Positions 19,324-28,940 of a stretch of DNA of 64,000 nt are shown here, piece after piece. The position numbers and the translations under genes were made by a program. Within the stretch, counting starts at the first letter, position 1. Each line of letters begins with the position of its first letter. The DNA is from Candidatus Eiseniibacteriota bacterium (GTDB lineage Bacteria > Eisenbacteria > RBG-16-71-46). The notes beneath the pieces are model-generated. The model ran no database searches. It was not told the origin of the DNA and saw only the letters and a list, made by a program, of their open reading frames with translations. The stretch lies in assembly GCA_963744995.1 (NCBI GenBank), contig CAVUWA010000001.1:192001-256000 (forward strand), read 5' to 3'.

Positions 19324-19959
19324 CTAGCGCAGCTCCACGCGGCCGCGCCGTGTCTCGATGGTGGCAATGATCGCCGGTTTCTGCGCTGCCTGCACGTCGA
19401 GCTCGATCGCGAGCGCCGCGAGCGCCGCGTGCACACCGTCCGGCGAAGGGTGCTCGGCCCTGAGCGCCACCAGCCGCGCCCCGGGCGGCGCGGCGGCGGC
19501 CGGATGCGGCGTCGTGCCCCAGTCGATGAGGAACGGCACGAGCCCGTCCTCGAGCACCACGTCCGGATCGGAGACCGTCCAGGCGAGCTTCGTTCCGTCC
19601 GGGGTCTCGCGCCCGCCGGCGATCGCCGCCCCGAGCCCGACTCCGGACGCCGCCGCGCGCGCGACCGCCCCCGCGACGTCGTCCGACTTCACCGCCCAGC
19701 TCGACAGCCTGGGTGGCCCGCTCGCGTCCACGCCGAGCCAGCGCGGTTTTGCGGGCGCCGGCTCCTCCGGGTCGGGCGCCAGGATCTCGAGGTAGACGCC
19801 CTTCCCGAGTCCGAGCAGCGCGTTGCGCGTGCCGCGGTCCGGATGGCGCCCGCCGGGCGTGGCGCGCACGCCCAGCTGGGCTTCGATCGCGGCAATTCCC
19901 GCGTGGAGGTCGGGCGTCGCCCAGATCAGGTGGTCGACCGCGTGCAGCGCCGGCGTCAT
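19324..19959 (-). CDS. VOC/glyoxalase-like family protein (Glyoxalase_3)
   Basis: [41 protein letters not shown] overlap with msrA. Confidence 0.85.
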   Translation of the reverse strand: MTPALHAVDHLIWATPDLHAGIAAIEAQLGVRATPGGRHPDRGTRNALLGLGKGVYLEILAPDPEEPAPAKPRWLGVDASGPPRLSSWAVKSDDVAGAVARAAASGVGLGAAIAGGRETPDGTKLAWTVSDPDVVLEDGLVPFLIDWGTTPHPAAAAPPGARLVALRAEHPSPDGVHAALAALAIELDVQAAQKPAIIATIETRRGRVELR

Positions 19960-20516
19960 GCGCCGCCCGCGGGGGTCTTCTTCAGGCGCCCGAGGTACTG
20001 CTTGCGGAATTTCGCGACCTTGGGCGCGATCACGGCCTGGCAGTAGGGCTGGTCCGGATGATGGGCGAAGTAGTCCCGGTGGTAGTCCTCCGCCGGGTAG
20101 AACGCCTCGAACGGCACGACTTCGGTGACGATCGGCGCGTCCCAGATCCGCTCCGCGCCGAGCGCCGCAATGGTCTCCTCGGCCGCGCGCTTCTGCGCCT
20201 CGTCGTGATGGAAGATCGCCGAACGGTACTGGGTGCCGATGTCGGCGCCCTGCCGGTTGAGCGTCGTCGGGTCGTGGATCGCGAAGAACGCGCCCAGCAG
20301 GTCGCGGTACGAGATCGCCGCCGGGTCGAAGGTCACCTGCACGACCTCGGCATGCCCGGTCTTGCCCGTGCACACCTGCTCGTAGGTCGGCCGCTCGACG
20401 TGGCCGCCGGAATAGCCCGACTCGACCTTCTCCACGCCGTTCAGCTCCGTGAAGGCGGCCTCGAGGCACCAGAAGCATCCGCCGGCCAGCGTCGCCGTTT
20501 CGTGATTCGCGCTCAT
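19956..20516 (-). CDS. msrA: Peptide-methionine (S)-S-oxide reductase
   Basis: [43 protein letters not shown]. Confidence 0.97.
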   Translation of the reverse strand: MSANHETATLAGGCFWCLEAAFTELNGVEKVESGYSGGHVERPTYEQVCTGKTGHAEVVQVTFDPAAISYRDLLGAFFAIHDPTTLNRQGADIGTQYRSAIFHHDEAQKRAAEETIAALGAERIWDAPIVTEVVPFEAFYPAEDYHRDYFAHHPDQPYCQAVIAPKVAKFRKQYLGRLKKTPAGGA

Positions 20517-20528
20517 CGCACGTCCTTT

Positions 20529-20948
20529 CTAGAGATCGAGCACCAGGCGGCAGCGGCAGTCGCCCGGGTCGAGCTTCAGTTGCATGTCGTGGAACGAAAC
20601 CGCTTTCACCTCGCGCAGCAGCGTGTGCCGGGAGGGGTCGATGCGCGGTCCCTGCAGTGCCGCTTCGATGCGGCGCGGCGTCAGTTTCTGGATCCGCACG
20701 TGCGTCCACACCACGTGGCGCAGGTCCGATTCCAGCAGCACCGAGTTCAGCCAGTGGACCAGCAGGTCCGCGGGCTCGTCACCCTCGAGCGCGATCTCGG
20801 CGCGCTCGACCGGTGGATCCTCGCCCGGATCGGCGACCTGCGCCATCAGCGCGACCGCGGCCTGCGCGTAGAGCTCGCGCGGCGTGGGCGCCCAGACCTC
20901 GAGTCCAAGATCGCCCGTGTGATCGAAGGTCGCATAGCCCTGTCGCAC
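20529..20948 (-). CDS. Archease
   Basis: FDHTGDLG N-terminal motif, LLVHWLN, EVKAVSFH, C-terminal VLDL; start could be 20966. Confidence 0.88.
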   Translation of the reverse strand: MRQGYATFDHTGDLGLEVWAPTPRELYAQAAVALMAQVADPGEDPPVERAEIALEGDEPADLLVHWLNSVLLESDLRHVVWTHVRIQKLTPRRIEAALQGPRIDPSRHTLLREVKAVSFHDMQLKLDPGDCRCRLVLDL

Positions 20949-21029
20949 GGGGGCAGTGTAGAGCATCGGCCCCGGCCCCATCTACGGCGGCGGGCCCCCG
21001 GGCGTGACGGGCGGAGCCCGGGCCGGGCC

Positions 21030-21797
21030 CTAGAGCAGCTGGCGCGAGCGCAGGCTCACGACCCCGCGCGTTCCGACGATCACGTGATCGAGCACCGCGA
21101 TTCCGACCAGATCGCCGACCTGCACCAGCCGCCGCGTGATGCTCAGGTCCTCCTCGCTCGGCTCCGGGTCGCCGCTCGGATGGTTGTGCACCAGCACGAT
21201 GCTCGCCGCGGAGTGCAGGATCGCGGGCTGGAACACCTCGCGCGGGTGGACGATGGACGCGTTGAGGCTGCCGATCGACACGGTCTCGCGGCGCTGCATC
21301 TCGTGCCGCGCGTTGAGCAGCAGCGTCACGAAATGCTCCTTGCGCGCCGTGGCGAGGTCGTGCACCTGCGCCAGCACGTCTTCGGGACCGCGGATCGGCG
21401 AGCCCGCGCGCGGCCGGCATCCGGCCCGCCGGCCGAGCTCGAACGCGGCCGCGAGGGCTCCGGCGCGGGCGAGCCCGATGCCGGCGACCCGCAGCCAGCG
21501 GGCGGCCGGCCACACCGCCAGTTCGGCGGGGGCGTGGCGTGCGAGCGCGCGCCCGATTTCGAGTGCGCTCATGTCGCGGTGGCCGCCGCCCAGGACGAGC
21601 GCGATCAGCTCGCCGTCGCTGAGCGCCGACGGGCCCTCCCTGAGCAGCCGCTCGCGCGGCCGGCCCGGCACGATGGGCGGCCGGGGCGCCCTCCCGCCGC
21701 CGGCCGGTCCGGGGTCACCGTGCCCGCGGCGCGGCGCGGGACCCGGGCCGGGTGCGCCGGCCGGGGGGTCGTGTGCATCGTGGTGGCGTGCGGGCAT
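21030..21797 (-). CDS. radC: RadC/UPF0758 JAB-domain protein
   Basis: RPRERLL..G..ALSDGELIA, GIGLARA, GSLNASIVHPREVF, HNHPSGDPEPSEED, VLDHVIV; start uncertain. Confidence 0.92.
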   Translation of the reverse strand: MPARHHDAHDPPAGAPGPGPAPRRGHGDPGPAGGGRAPRPPIVPGRPRERLLREGPSALSDGELIALVLGGGHRDMSALEIGRALARHAPAELAVWPAARWLRVAGIGLARAGALAAAFELGRRAGCRPRAGSPIRGPEDVLAQVHDLATARKEHFVTLLLNARHEMQRRETVSIGSLNASIVHPREVFQPAILHSAASIVLVHNHPSGDPEPSEEDLSITRRLVQVGDLVGIAVLDHVIVGTRGVVSLRSRQLL

Positions 21798-21927
21798 GCG
21801 GGCCCTCCGGCGGGCGGGTGCGGGGGGCTGGCCTGACCGGAGCGGGTTTGCGATAATCGCGGGCCGGTCGTGCGGGATCGCTGCACGCTTGGCCCACTCC
21901 TACCCGGTCGCCGCTCGGAGATTTTGC

Positions 21928-22815
21928 ATGCGTCGTGCCATCCTCCCCCTGCTCGTTCTCGCCGTCGCCACGCTCGCGCTCCCGCCCGCCCGCGCCCAGG
22001 ATTCCATGGGCTCCTCGCGGATCATCAACGGCATCGGCCTGGTGGACTACTACAGAAAGCCGACGTTCAAGCCGGGCGACTGGGTGCGCTATCACATGAC
22101 CGGACACAGCGAGCTGGGCATGAAGGACGACTACACGATCGTGCTGCTGATCGCGGGCGAGGAGGAGTTCTGGGGCGAGGACTGCTTCTGGGTCGAAACG
22201 ATCAGCGAGCGCGACGGCAAGGAGATCTCGTCGGTCGCCGCGCTCGTCTCCTACGCGGCGTTCCAGGACTCCGATGCCGTCACGGCCGCCAAGATGTACG
22301 TGCGCAAGCAGATCAACACGATGACGCAGACCGGCGAGCCGGTGCAGGACATCGTCCGGCGCCCGAGATCCACCCTGCAGGTGCGCGAGTCGGGACGGAA
22401 CAAGCTCGAGTACTACATCGACTCGCTGGGCACCGCGGACGTCGAGATCCCGCGGGGCACGTTCCACTGCCGGAAGATCCTGTTCAAGCAGGCGGCGGGT
22501 GGCTCCGCGGATTTCGCCGACAGCTCGCGCTACGACGAGGTGCGCGAGGACCGCACGATCTACCGCACCACGCAGGTCCCGATCACCAGCATCGCGGTCG
22601 AGGAGATCGAAAACACCGTGTCACGCAAGACCTGGGTCCGCGGCCAGTCGCAGGACGTACCGATGGTGATCCGCGATCGCGCGCTCGGCCGCGCCGAGGC
22701 GGTCGACTGGGGCACCGGGCGCAAGTCGCACCTCATCGCTCCGGCGCTGCAGATGCCGCTCGCCGAGCAGCGCGCCCGCGCGAAGCGCAAGGCCGGCAAA
22801 GCCGGCTCGGGCTGA
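21928..22815 (+). CDS. Secreted hypothetical beta-rich protein
   Basis: Signal peptide ending ARA-Q; FKPGDWVRY; VEIPRGTFHC (VPAGTF-like motif); GGAG upstream. Confidence 0.75.
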   Translation: MRRAILPLLVLAVATLALPPARAQDSMGSSRIINGIGLVDYYRKPTFKPGDWVRYHMTGHSELGMKDDYTIVLLIAGEEEFWGEDCFWVETISERDGKEISSVAALVSYAAFQDSDAVTAAKMYVRKQINTMTQTGEPVQDIVRRPRSTLQVRESGRNKLEYYIDSLGTADVEIPRGTFHCRKILFKQAAGGSADFADSSRYDEVREDRTIYRTTQVPITSIAVEEIENTVSRKTWVRGQSQDVPMVIRDRALGRAEAVDWGTGRKSHLIAPALQMPLAEQRARAKRKAGKAGSG

Positions 22816-22866
22816 TCCCGCATCGCGCGCCGGGCGCCGGGTGCGACCCGGCGTCCCGGGCCGCGA

Positions 22867-23802
22867 TCAGGCGCGGCCGGCACTCGCCGAAGGCGCTTCG
22901 AACAGGCCCTGCGCGAAGGCCGCGGGATCGAATGGCGCCCAGTCGTCGAGCCCCTCACCGAGGCCCACGATGCTGACCGGGAGCCTCAGCTGCTCCACGA
23001 TCGCGAGCACGGCGCCGCCCCGCGCGGTGCCGTCGAGCTTGGTGAGCGCCAGGCTCGTCACCGTGGCCGCCTTCTGGAACTGGCGCGCCTGCGCGAGGCC
23101 GTTCTGCCCGAGCGTGGCGTCGAGCACCAGCAGCACGTGATGCGGCGCCCCGGGCACGACGCGGCTCGCGATGCGCGTCACCTTTTCGAGCTCGGCCATC
23201 AGGTTGTGACGGGTGTGCAGGCGTCCCGCGGTATCCACGAGCACGACGTCGCAGCCGCGCGCGCGCGCCGCGGTGAGGCCGTCGTGCACCACCGCCGCCG
23301 GATCCGAGCCGTCGGCGCCGCGCACCACCTCGACGCCGGCGCGCTCCGCCCATGCTTCGAGCTGCTCCGAGGCCGCGGCGCGAAAGGTGTCCGCGGCGAC
23401 CAGCAGCGTACGCCGGCCCTCGCGGGCGAAGTGCGCCGCCAGCTTGCCCGCAAGCGTCGTCTTGCCCACGCCGTTGACACCGACCAGCAGAGCCACCCAC
23501 GGCTTCGCCGCCCCGGGCTCGAAGCGCGCCGTCTCGCCGAGCATCTCGGTGGCGGTACGCTCCAGCGCCGCGCGCAGATCGAGGTCCGCCTCCCGCGCCA
23601 TGCGCTTCGTCGCTTCCGCGATCAGCCGGTCGGTCGCCGCAGGGCCGACGTCGGCGGCGAGCAGCGCTTCTTCGAGCGCGTCGCGCGTTTCGGAATCCAC
23701 CTTCGTCCGGCCGAGCATCGTACCGAGCCCCTGGCCGAGGCTCTCGCCGATGCGCTCGCGGGTCCGCGTGAGCCCCTTGCGGAAGCGGTCGAAAAGGCTC
23801 AT
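22867..23802 (-). CDS. ftsY: SRP receptor FtsY (NG domain only)
   Basis: GLTRTR, GVNGVGKTT, DTFRAAA, DTAGR, DATLGQN, TKLDGTARGG, GLGE. Confidence 0.96.
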   Translation of the reverse strand: MSLFDRFRKGLTRTRERIGESLGQGLGTMLGRTKVDSETRDALEEALLAADVGPAATDRLIAEATKRMAREADLDLRAALERTATEMLGETARFEPGAAKPWVALLVGVNGVGKTTLAGKLAAHFAREGRRTLLVAADTFRAAASEQLEAWAERAGVEVVRGADGSDPAAVVHDGLTAARARGCDVVLVDTAGRLHTRHNLMAELEKVTRIASRVVPGAPHHVLLVLDATLGQNGLAQARQFQKAATVTSLALTKLDGTARGGAVLAIVEQLRLPVSIVGLGEGLDDWAPFDPAAFAQGLFEAPSASAGRA

Positions 23803-23900
23803 GACGGCACCCGCCCCCGCGGCGCCGGGCGGCCATGCGAACGCCCGCCGGCGGGCGCGGGGCCGGCGGGCGCGTTCGAATTCCCGGACGCCAACGCCGT

Positions 23901-26900
23901 TCAGCTCTCGGCGGCGCCGGCGGCGGCCAGCTCCGCTTCCGTCTCCGGCGAGACGGAGTGGTCGTCGAAGCGGACGGAGACGAGCTTGGAGACGCCGAGC
24001 TCCTGCATGGTCACGCCGTAGAGGCAGTTGGCGAATTCCATCGTGCGCTTGTTGTGGGTGATCACCACGAACTGGGTGCGGTTGCTGAAGCGCCTGAGCA
24101 GGTTCAGGAACCGGTCCACGTTGGCGTCGTCGAGCGGCGCGTCGACCTCGTCGAGCAGGCAGAACGGCGAGGGCTTCACCAGGTAGATCGCGAACAGCAG
24201 CGCGATCGCGGTGAGCGCCCGTTCGCCGCCCGACATCAGGCTGATGCTCTGCAGGTGCTTGCCGCGCGGGCGCGCCGCGATCTCGATCTCGCACTCGAGC
24301 GGATCCTCGCCCACCATGCGGATCTCGGCGTCGCCGCCCTCGAACAGGGTCTTGAAGATGTCCTGGAAGTGCACCAGCACCTTCTCGAACGTCTCCTTGA
24401 ACAGCTGGCTCGCGGTGACGTTGATCTTCTCGATCGCCTCGAGCAGCTGGCCACGCGCGTTCTCGACGTCGGCGCGCTGCTGCTTGAGGAACTCGTAGCG
24501 CTCCTTCTTCTTGTCGTACTCCTCGACCGCGAGCAGGTTCACGGCGCCGAGGTCACGGAATCGCGTGCGCGCCTCCTCGAGGCGTTTGCGCGTGTCGTCC
24601 GCGTCGAAGCCTTCGGGCTTGGGTTCCGGCGTCCAGCGCTCCGGATCCATCTGGTACTCGGTCGCGAGGCGCTCGAACGTGCGGTCGAGCTCCGCCCTGG
24701 CCTGCAGCCGGTCGACCTCGATGTGGTGCAGCAGTTCGGCGAGCTCGGTCTGCTCGAAGCGCTTCTGCCGGGCGTGTTCGTCGGCGGCGTTGACGTCCTT
24801 CTTGAGCGCCTCGAGCCGCTGCTGCATGCCGACCACGCGCTCGCGCTGGGTGGCCTCCGATTCGAGCAGACCGGTGAGGCCGGACGACAGGCCCTGCACC
24901 TCGGCCTCGATCCCGGCCACGCGTTCGCGCGACTGGCGCTCCTCCTGCTGCCGGGTCTCGAGCCCGGTCTCGAGCTCGCGCCGGGTCTGCTCGGCGCGCG
25001 CCCACTGGCTCTGCCATTCGCTCTCCTCGCGCGTGAGCCGCAGCAGCGTGTCGCGCGCGCCCTGCGCGGCGCTCGCCGCTTCCTCGCGCCGCGCTTCGAG
25101 GGCATGCACCGCACCGTCGAGGTCCGCGAGCAGCGCACGCGCCGCCTCGACCTCGCGCTGATGCTCGGCCAGCTCTCCCTCCGCCTCGGCCAGCGAGCGT
25201 GCCAGCGCCTCCATCTCGGCCTCGCGCGTGGCGATCTCGACGCGCTTCTCCTCGGCCTCGCCGGAGGCCCAGGTGCGCTCGCGGGCGAGTGCTTCGCTCC
25301 GCCGCACGTGCTCTTCGAGCGCCGTGCGCCGGCGCTCGACCTCGGCTTCGGCCTCCTGTCTCTCGACCTGCATCGCCTCGCGGCGCGCCTCGAGCGCGCG
25401 CCGCTCCGTGTCGAGCCCTTCGATCTCCAGGCCGCGCTCGGCGATCTGCCCGCTCAGCTCGCGGATTTCGGTTTCGCGGTGCAGCAGCCCGCCCAGGTTC
25501 CCGGTCGAGCCGGCGCGCACACGGCCGCGTTCCCAGACCTCGCCGTCGAGGCTCACGAAGCGCAGCCCCGCCTCGGAGCGCGTCGCATGGCGCGCCGCCG
25601 CGTCGCGATCCTCGACCACCACGACCGAGCCGAGCAGGCGGTCGACCAGCGGCCGGTAACGCTCCTCGCAGCGCACGAGATCGGACGCGCGCCCGAGCAC
25701 GCCTTCGCCCGCGGGGATCTCGGCGCTCGCGCCGCCCGCGATCATGGACAGGTCCACCAGCGTCGCGCGGCCGCTCTCGATCGCGCGCAGCCGCTCGAGG
25801 CACGCATCCAGGGCGTCGCGATTCTCGACCAGCACGAACGCGGCCGCCTCGCCGAGCGAGGCTTCGAGCGCGTTCAGATAGGTGGACGGCACCTCGACCA
25901 CGTCGGCGACGACGCCCACCAGCCCGGCCGGCCGCTCCTCGGCGCTGAACAGCGCCTTCGCACCCTCGGAGACGCCGTCGAAGTTGCGCTTGAGCTCGAG
26001 CAGCGTGGCGAGCCGCGACTCCAGCCCCGCCGCGTGCTGCCGCGCGCCCGCCAGCGTTTCGCCCGTCGTCCGCAGCGCCTCGGCGACCTCGCGCAGGCGC
26101 TCGTCCACACCCGCGCGCGCGGCGCGCGCACGGTCGAGGTCTGCGGCGAGCGCGGTGTGATGCTCGGCCCCCGCGGCCGCCTGCCGCTCCAGTTCTTCGA
26201 GCTTCGTGCCCAGCTCGGCGAGCCGCGCCGCGGCCTGATCGCGGCGCTCGGCCAGCGAGCTGTGACGCTCGCGCGTGCGCTCGATCGCGCCGCGCTTCTC
26301 GGCCTCGAGCGAGAACAGGTCGAGCGAGAGCTGCTTGCGCTCCTGCGCGACGCCGCGGCGCTCGCGCAGCTCCGCCTCGACCTGGCGCAGCGCCGCCTCG
26401 GCCGCATCGGCGCCGGTGACCGCGGACTCGCGCTGCGTCTTGAGCTCGCCGAGACGCGCCTCGGATTCGCGCTCGCGCTCACCGACCTCGACGAGCCGTT
26501 CGCGCATGCGCACCGCCTCTGCGGCATTTTCGTCGGCGCGGCGCGTGAGCCCGGCAGCGCGCTCCCTGAGCAGCACGACCTGATGCTCGGCCTGGGTGCG
26601 CGCCTCCTCGCGGTCGCGCAGCCCGCCCATCGCGGTCGACAGCTCGCGCTCGAGCTCCAGCAGCGCCAGCTTCTGATCGTTGAGCTTCGCTTCGGCGGCG
26701 TTGAGCTCGGCCGTCACGCCCTCGCGGCGCACCGCCTCCTCCTGCCACTGCTCCTTCGACTCGCGCTCCTTCGCGCGCAGCGCTTCGACACGGTCGGCGG
26801 TCAGGTGCAGGTCCATGACCTTGATCTCGTCGCGCAGGCGCTTGAAGCGGCGCGCCTTGCCCACCTGGCGCGCCAGCGAGCGCAGCTCGCGCTCGATCTC

Positions 26901-27488
26901 GAAGACGATGTCGTTGAGACGGGTGAGATCGGACTCGGTCGCATCCAGCTTGTTGAGCGCTTCCTTCTTCCGGCTCTTGTACTTGGTGATGCCGGAAGCC
27001 TCCTCGAACAGGAAGCGGCGGTGGCCCGAGCCGTCGGACAGCACATGGTCGACCATCGAGCGCTCGATGACCGAGTAGGCGTGGCTGCCCATGCCGGTGT
27101 CGTAGAACAGGTCGCGCACGTCGCGCAGCCGGCAGGGCGCCTTGTTGATGAAGTACTCCGACATGCCGGAGCGGAACACGCGGCGCGAGATCGTGACCTC
27201 GGAGAACTCGACCGGCAGGATGCCGCGATCGTTCTTGAAGGTGAGGTGGACCTCGGCGAGGCCCAGCGGCTTGCGCTTCGGCGAGCCGTTGAAGATCACG
27301 TCTTCCATGGTGCCGCCGCGCAGCTGCTTCGCGCTCTGTTCGCCCAGCACCCAGCGGATCGCGTCGGAGATGTTCGTCTTGCCGCAGCCGTTCGGCCCGA
27401 TGATGCCGGTGATGCCGTGGCCGAATTCGACGGAGGTCTTGTCGACGAAGGATTTGAAGCCCTGAACGTCGAGCTTGTAGAGGAACAT
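23901..27488 (-). CDS. smc: Chromosome segregation protein SMC
   Basis: GFKSF, GPNGCGKTN, long coiled coils, hinge, LGAVN, MSGGE, LLDEVDAPLD, ITH. Confidence 0.97.
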   Translation of the reverse strand: MFLYKLDVQGFKSFVDKTSVEFGHGITGIIGPNGCGKTNISDAIRWVLGEQSAKQLRGGTMEDVIFNGSPKRKPLGLAEVHLTFKNDRGILPVEFSEVTISRRVFRSGMSEYFINKAPCRLRDVRDLFYDTGMGSHAYSVIERSMVDHVLSDGSGHRRFLFEEASGITKYKSRKKEALNKLDATESDLTRLNDIVFEIERELRSLARQVGKARRFKRLRDEIKVMDLHLTADRVEALRAKERESKEQWQEEAVRREGVTAELNAAEAKLNDQKLALLELERELSTAMGGLRDREEARTQAEHQVVLLRERAAGLTRRADENAAEAVRMRERLVEVGERERESEARLGELKTQRESAVTGADAAEAALRQVEAELRERRGVAQERKQLSLDLFSLEAEKRGAIERTRERHSSLAERRDQAAARLAELGTKLEELERQAAAGAEHHTALAADLDRARAARAGVDERLREVAEALRTTGETLAGARQHAAGLESRLATLLELKRNFDGVSEGAKALFSAEERPAGLVGVVADVVEVPSTYLNALEASLGEAAAFVLVENRDALDACLERLRAIESGRATLVDLSMIAGGASAEIPAGEGVLGRASDLVRCEERYRPLVDRLLGSVVVVEDRDAAARHATRSEAGLRFVSLDGEVWERGRVRAGSTGNLGGLLHRETEIRELSGQIAERGLEIEGLDTERRALEARREAMQVERQEAEAEVERRRTALEEHVRRSEALARERTWASGEAEEKRVEIATREAEMEALARSLAEAEGELAEHQREVEAARALLADLDGAVHALEARREEAASAAQGARDTLLRLTREESEWQSQWARAEQTRRELETGLETRQQEERQSRERVAGIEAEVQGLSSGLTGLLESEATQRERVVGMQQRLEALKKDVNAADEHARQKRFEQTELAELLHHIEVDRLQARAELDRTFERLATEYQMDPERWTPEPKPEGFDADDTRKRLEEARTRFRDLGAVNLLAVEEYDKKKERYEFLKQQRADVENARGQLLEAIEKINVTASQLFKETFEKVLVHFQDIFKTLFEGGDAEIRMVGEDPLECEIEIAARPRGKHLQSISLMSGGERALTAIALLFAIYLVKPSPFCLLDEVDAPLDDANVDRFLNLLRRFSNRTQFVVITHNKRTMEFANCLYGVTMQELGVSKLVSVRFDDHSVSPETEAELAAAGAAES

Positions 27489-27755
27489 CCTTGCCCCTTC
27501 CGGGCGCGTCGCCTCGGGGTTCGGGACGGGAACGGCGGCCCTGGTGCGGCCACCGCTCGCGACCCGGGCGGGCTGCGCGCGGCACGCAGGTCCAAGTGCC
27601 TGCGCTTCAATGGTTTGGCCGGAACTTCGAGGTCGTGTTCGGTGCTCTCCGGTCACTGCTCCGGCGGGGCTCGATGTCGCGCCCGATCGAACCGGCAACG
27701 CAGCCGAAACCGCGTGCGCAGCGGGTTCCATGCGGGTGGTGAGCCTTGGCGGGAG

Positions 27756-27784
27756 AAATTAGCGGGATCGGGGGCTGTGGTCAA
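27756..27784 (-). promoter_or_regulatory. Putative sigma70 promoter of smc-ftsY
   Basis: TTGACC-17 nt-TAATTT in a locally AT-rich patch about 270 nt upstream of smc. Confidence 0.55.
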
Positions 27785-27920
27785 TGATTTGCCGCGTGGC
27801 GGGTCCGCGGCGTGCGTCTCGGGCGGGCCCGGCCCGATCCGTCCGCCGGAGCACCCTCGCTGCCTCCTCTCTCCTATACTGTCCGCTCCCCGCAGGACGA
27901 CCAACCCAGGAGGTCCGGAG

Positions 27921-28415
27921 ATGAGCATCTCGGAAACCCTGCTGCCCGAATTCGACCAGGAGATGGCTGCGACGCGCCGCGTGCTGGAGCGCGTGCCCGA
28001 CGACGAACCGGGCTGGAAGCCGCATCCGAAGTCGTTCTCCATCGCCCACCTCGCCCAGCTGCTGGCCCGCATGCCGGGGTGGATCGGAGGGGCGCTGACC
28101 ACGACCGAGCTGGACCTCTCGTCCTTCGCGGGCTACAGCAACGAGCGCACGAAGTCGCTGCTCGCCGAGTTCGACGAGAGCGTGGGCAAGGCCCGCGAGG
28201 CGATCGCGGCGGCGAAGGACGCCGACTACCAGGTGCCCTGGTCGCTCAAGATGAAGGGGCAGGTCGTGCTGTCGATGCCGCGCGGCGCGATCGTGCGGCA
28301 GCACATCAGCCACCTCAGCCATCATCGCGGGCAGATGACCGTGTACCTGCGGCTGCGGGACGTGCCGGTGCCGTCGATCTACGGGCCGACGGCGGACGAA
28401 GGGTGGGGCGGGTAG
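27921..28415 (+). CDS. DinB/YfiT family protein
   Basis: WKPHPKS, HLSHHRGQMTVYLR, VPSIYGPTAD; AGGAGG SD; TATACT upstream. Confidence 0.9.
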   Translation: MSISETLLPEFDQEMAATRRVLERVPDDEPGWKPHPKSFSIAHLAQLLARMPGWIGGALTTTELDLSSFAGYSNERTKSLLAEFDESVGKAREAIAAAKDADYQVPWSLKMKGQVVLSMPRGAIVRQHISHLSHHRGQMTVYLRLRDVPVPSIYGPTADEGWGG

Positions 28416-28563
28416 CCGTCTCCGCTCGTGCAGCCGGGCGGGCGGGGCTGCCGGGGCGTTCGCCGGCGCCCGCCCGTCGCGGAGTCCATCCGCCAGATCG
28501 GGAGCGGCTGCCGTCCACGGGGTGAACCAGCATCTCCGGCGGCGCATCCCCCCCGGGCGGACG

Positions 28564-28929
28564 TCAGCCCTCGTCCCGGTTCACCGTCCCCGGCGAGAAC
28601 GCCGGCACGCACACGGCGACGTACTCCGCGCCCTCCTCCCCCGGACTCGAGTAGCGCACCCACTCGCCGGGATGCGTGACGATCGCCTGCCCGGCGCGCA
28701 CCTCGATCACGCCGCCTTCGTGCTCGATCCGCAGCATGCCCTTCAGGACCACCGTGATCTCTTCGAACGCCGGGCGCTGACCGGGCTCGACCCAGCCCAT
28801 GGGCGATACCATGCGCGCCACGCTGACGTTCGTGTGGCCCGAGTTCATGCGCCCCGCGTACTCCTCGATGCGCTTGGGCGGCTCGCCGGCGGCGGGAATC
28901 ACGGCGGGTGCGGCAATCAGCGTGGGCAT
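28564..28929 (-). CDS. Cupin domain protein
   Basis: PKRIEEYAGR, GWVEPGQRPAFEE, VLKG, AGQA, GEWVRYS, PAFSP; AAGGGAGG SD. Confidence 0.85.
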   Translation of the reverse strand: MPTLIAAPAVIPAAGEPPKRIEEYAGRMNSGHTNVSVARMVSPMGWVEPGQRPAFEEITVVLKGMLRIEHEGGVIEVRAGQAIVTHPGEWVRYSSPGEEGAEYVAVCVPAFSPGTVNRDEG

Positions 28930-28940
28930 CGATCCTCCCT

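Noticed and set aside
21030..21797. radC as a marker of an integrated mobile element
   Set aside because: It has the chromosomal-type N-terminal RPRERL domain, with no integrase, att site or compositional shift nearby.
23835..27920. 1526-aa plus-strand ORF and other very long alternative-frame ORFs (e.g. 14496-17504, 47326-49854, 33440-35962, 56561-58147)
   Set aside because: Shadow ORFs from high GC and codon bias opposite or overlapping clear genes. Only the 3' ends of some (dinB, nitronate monooxygenase) are real genes.
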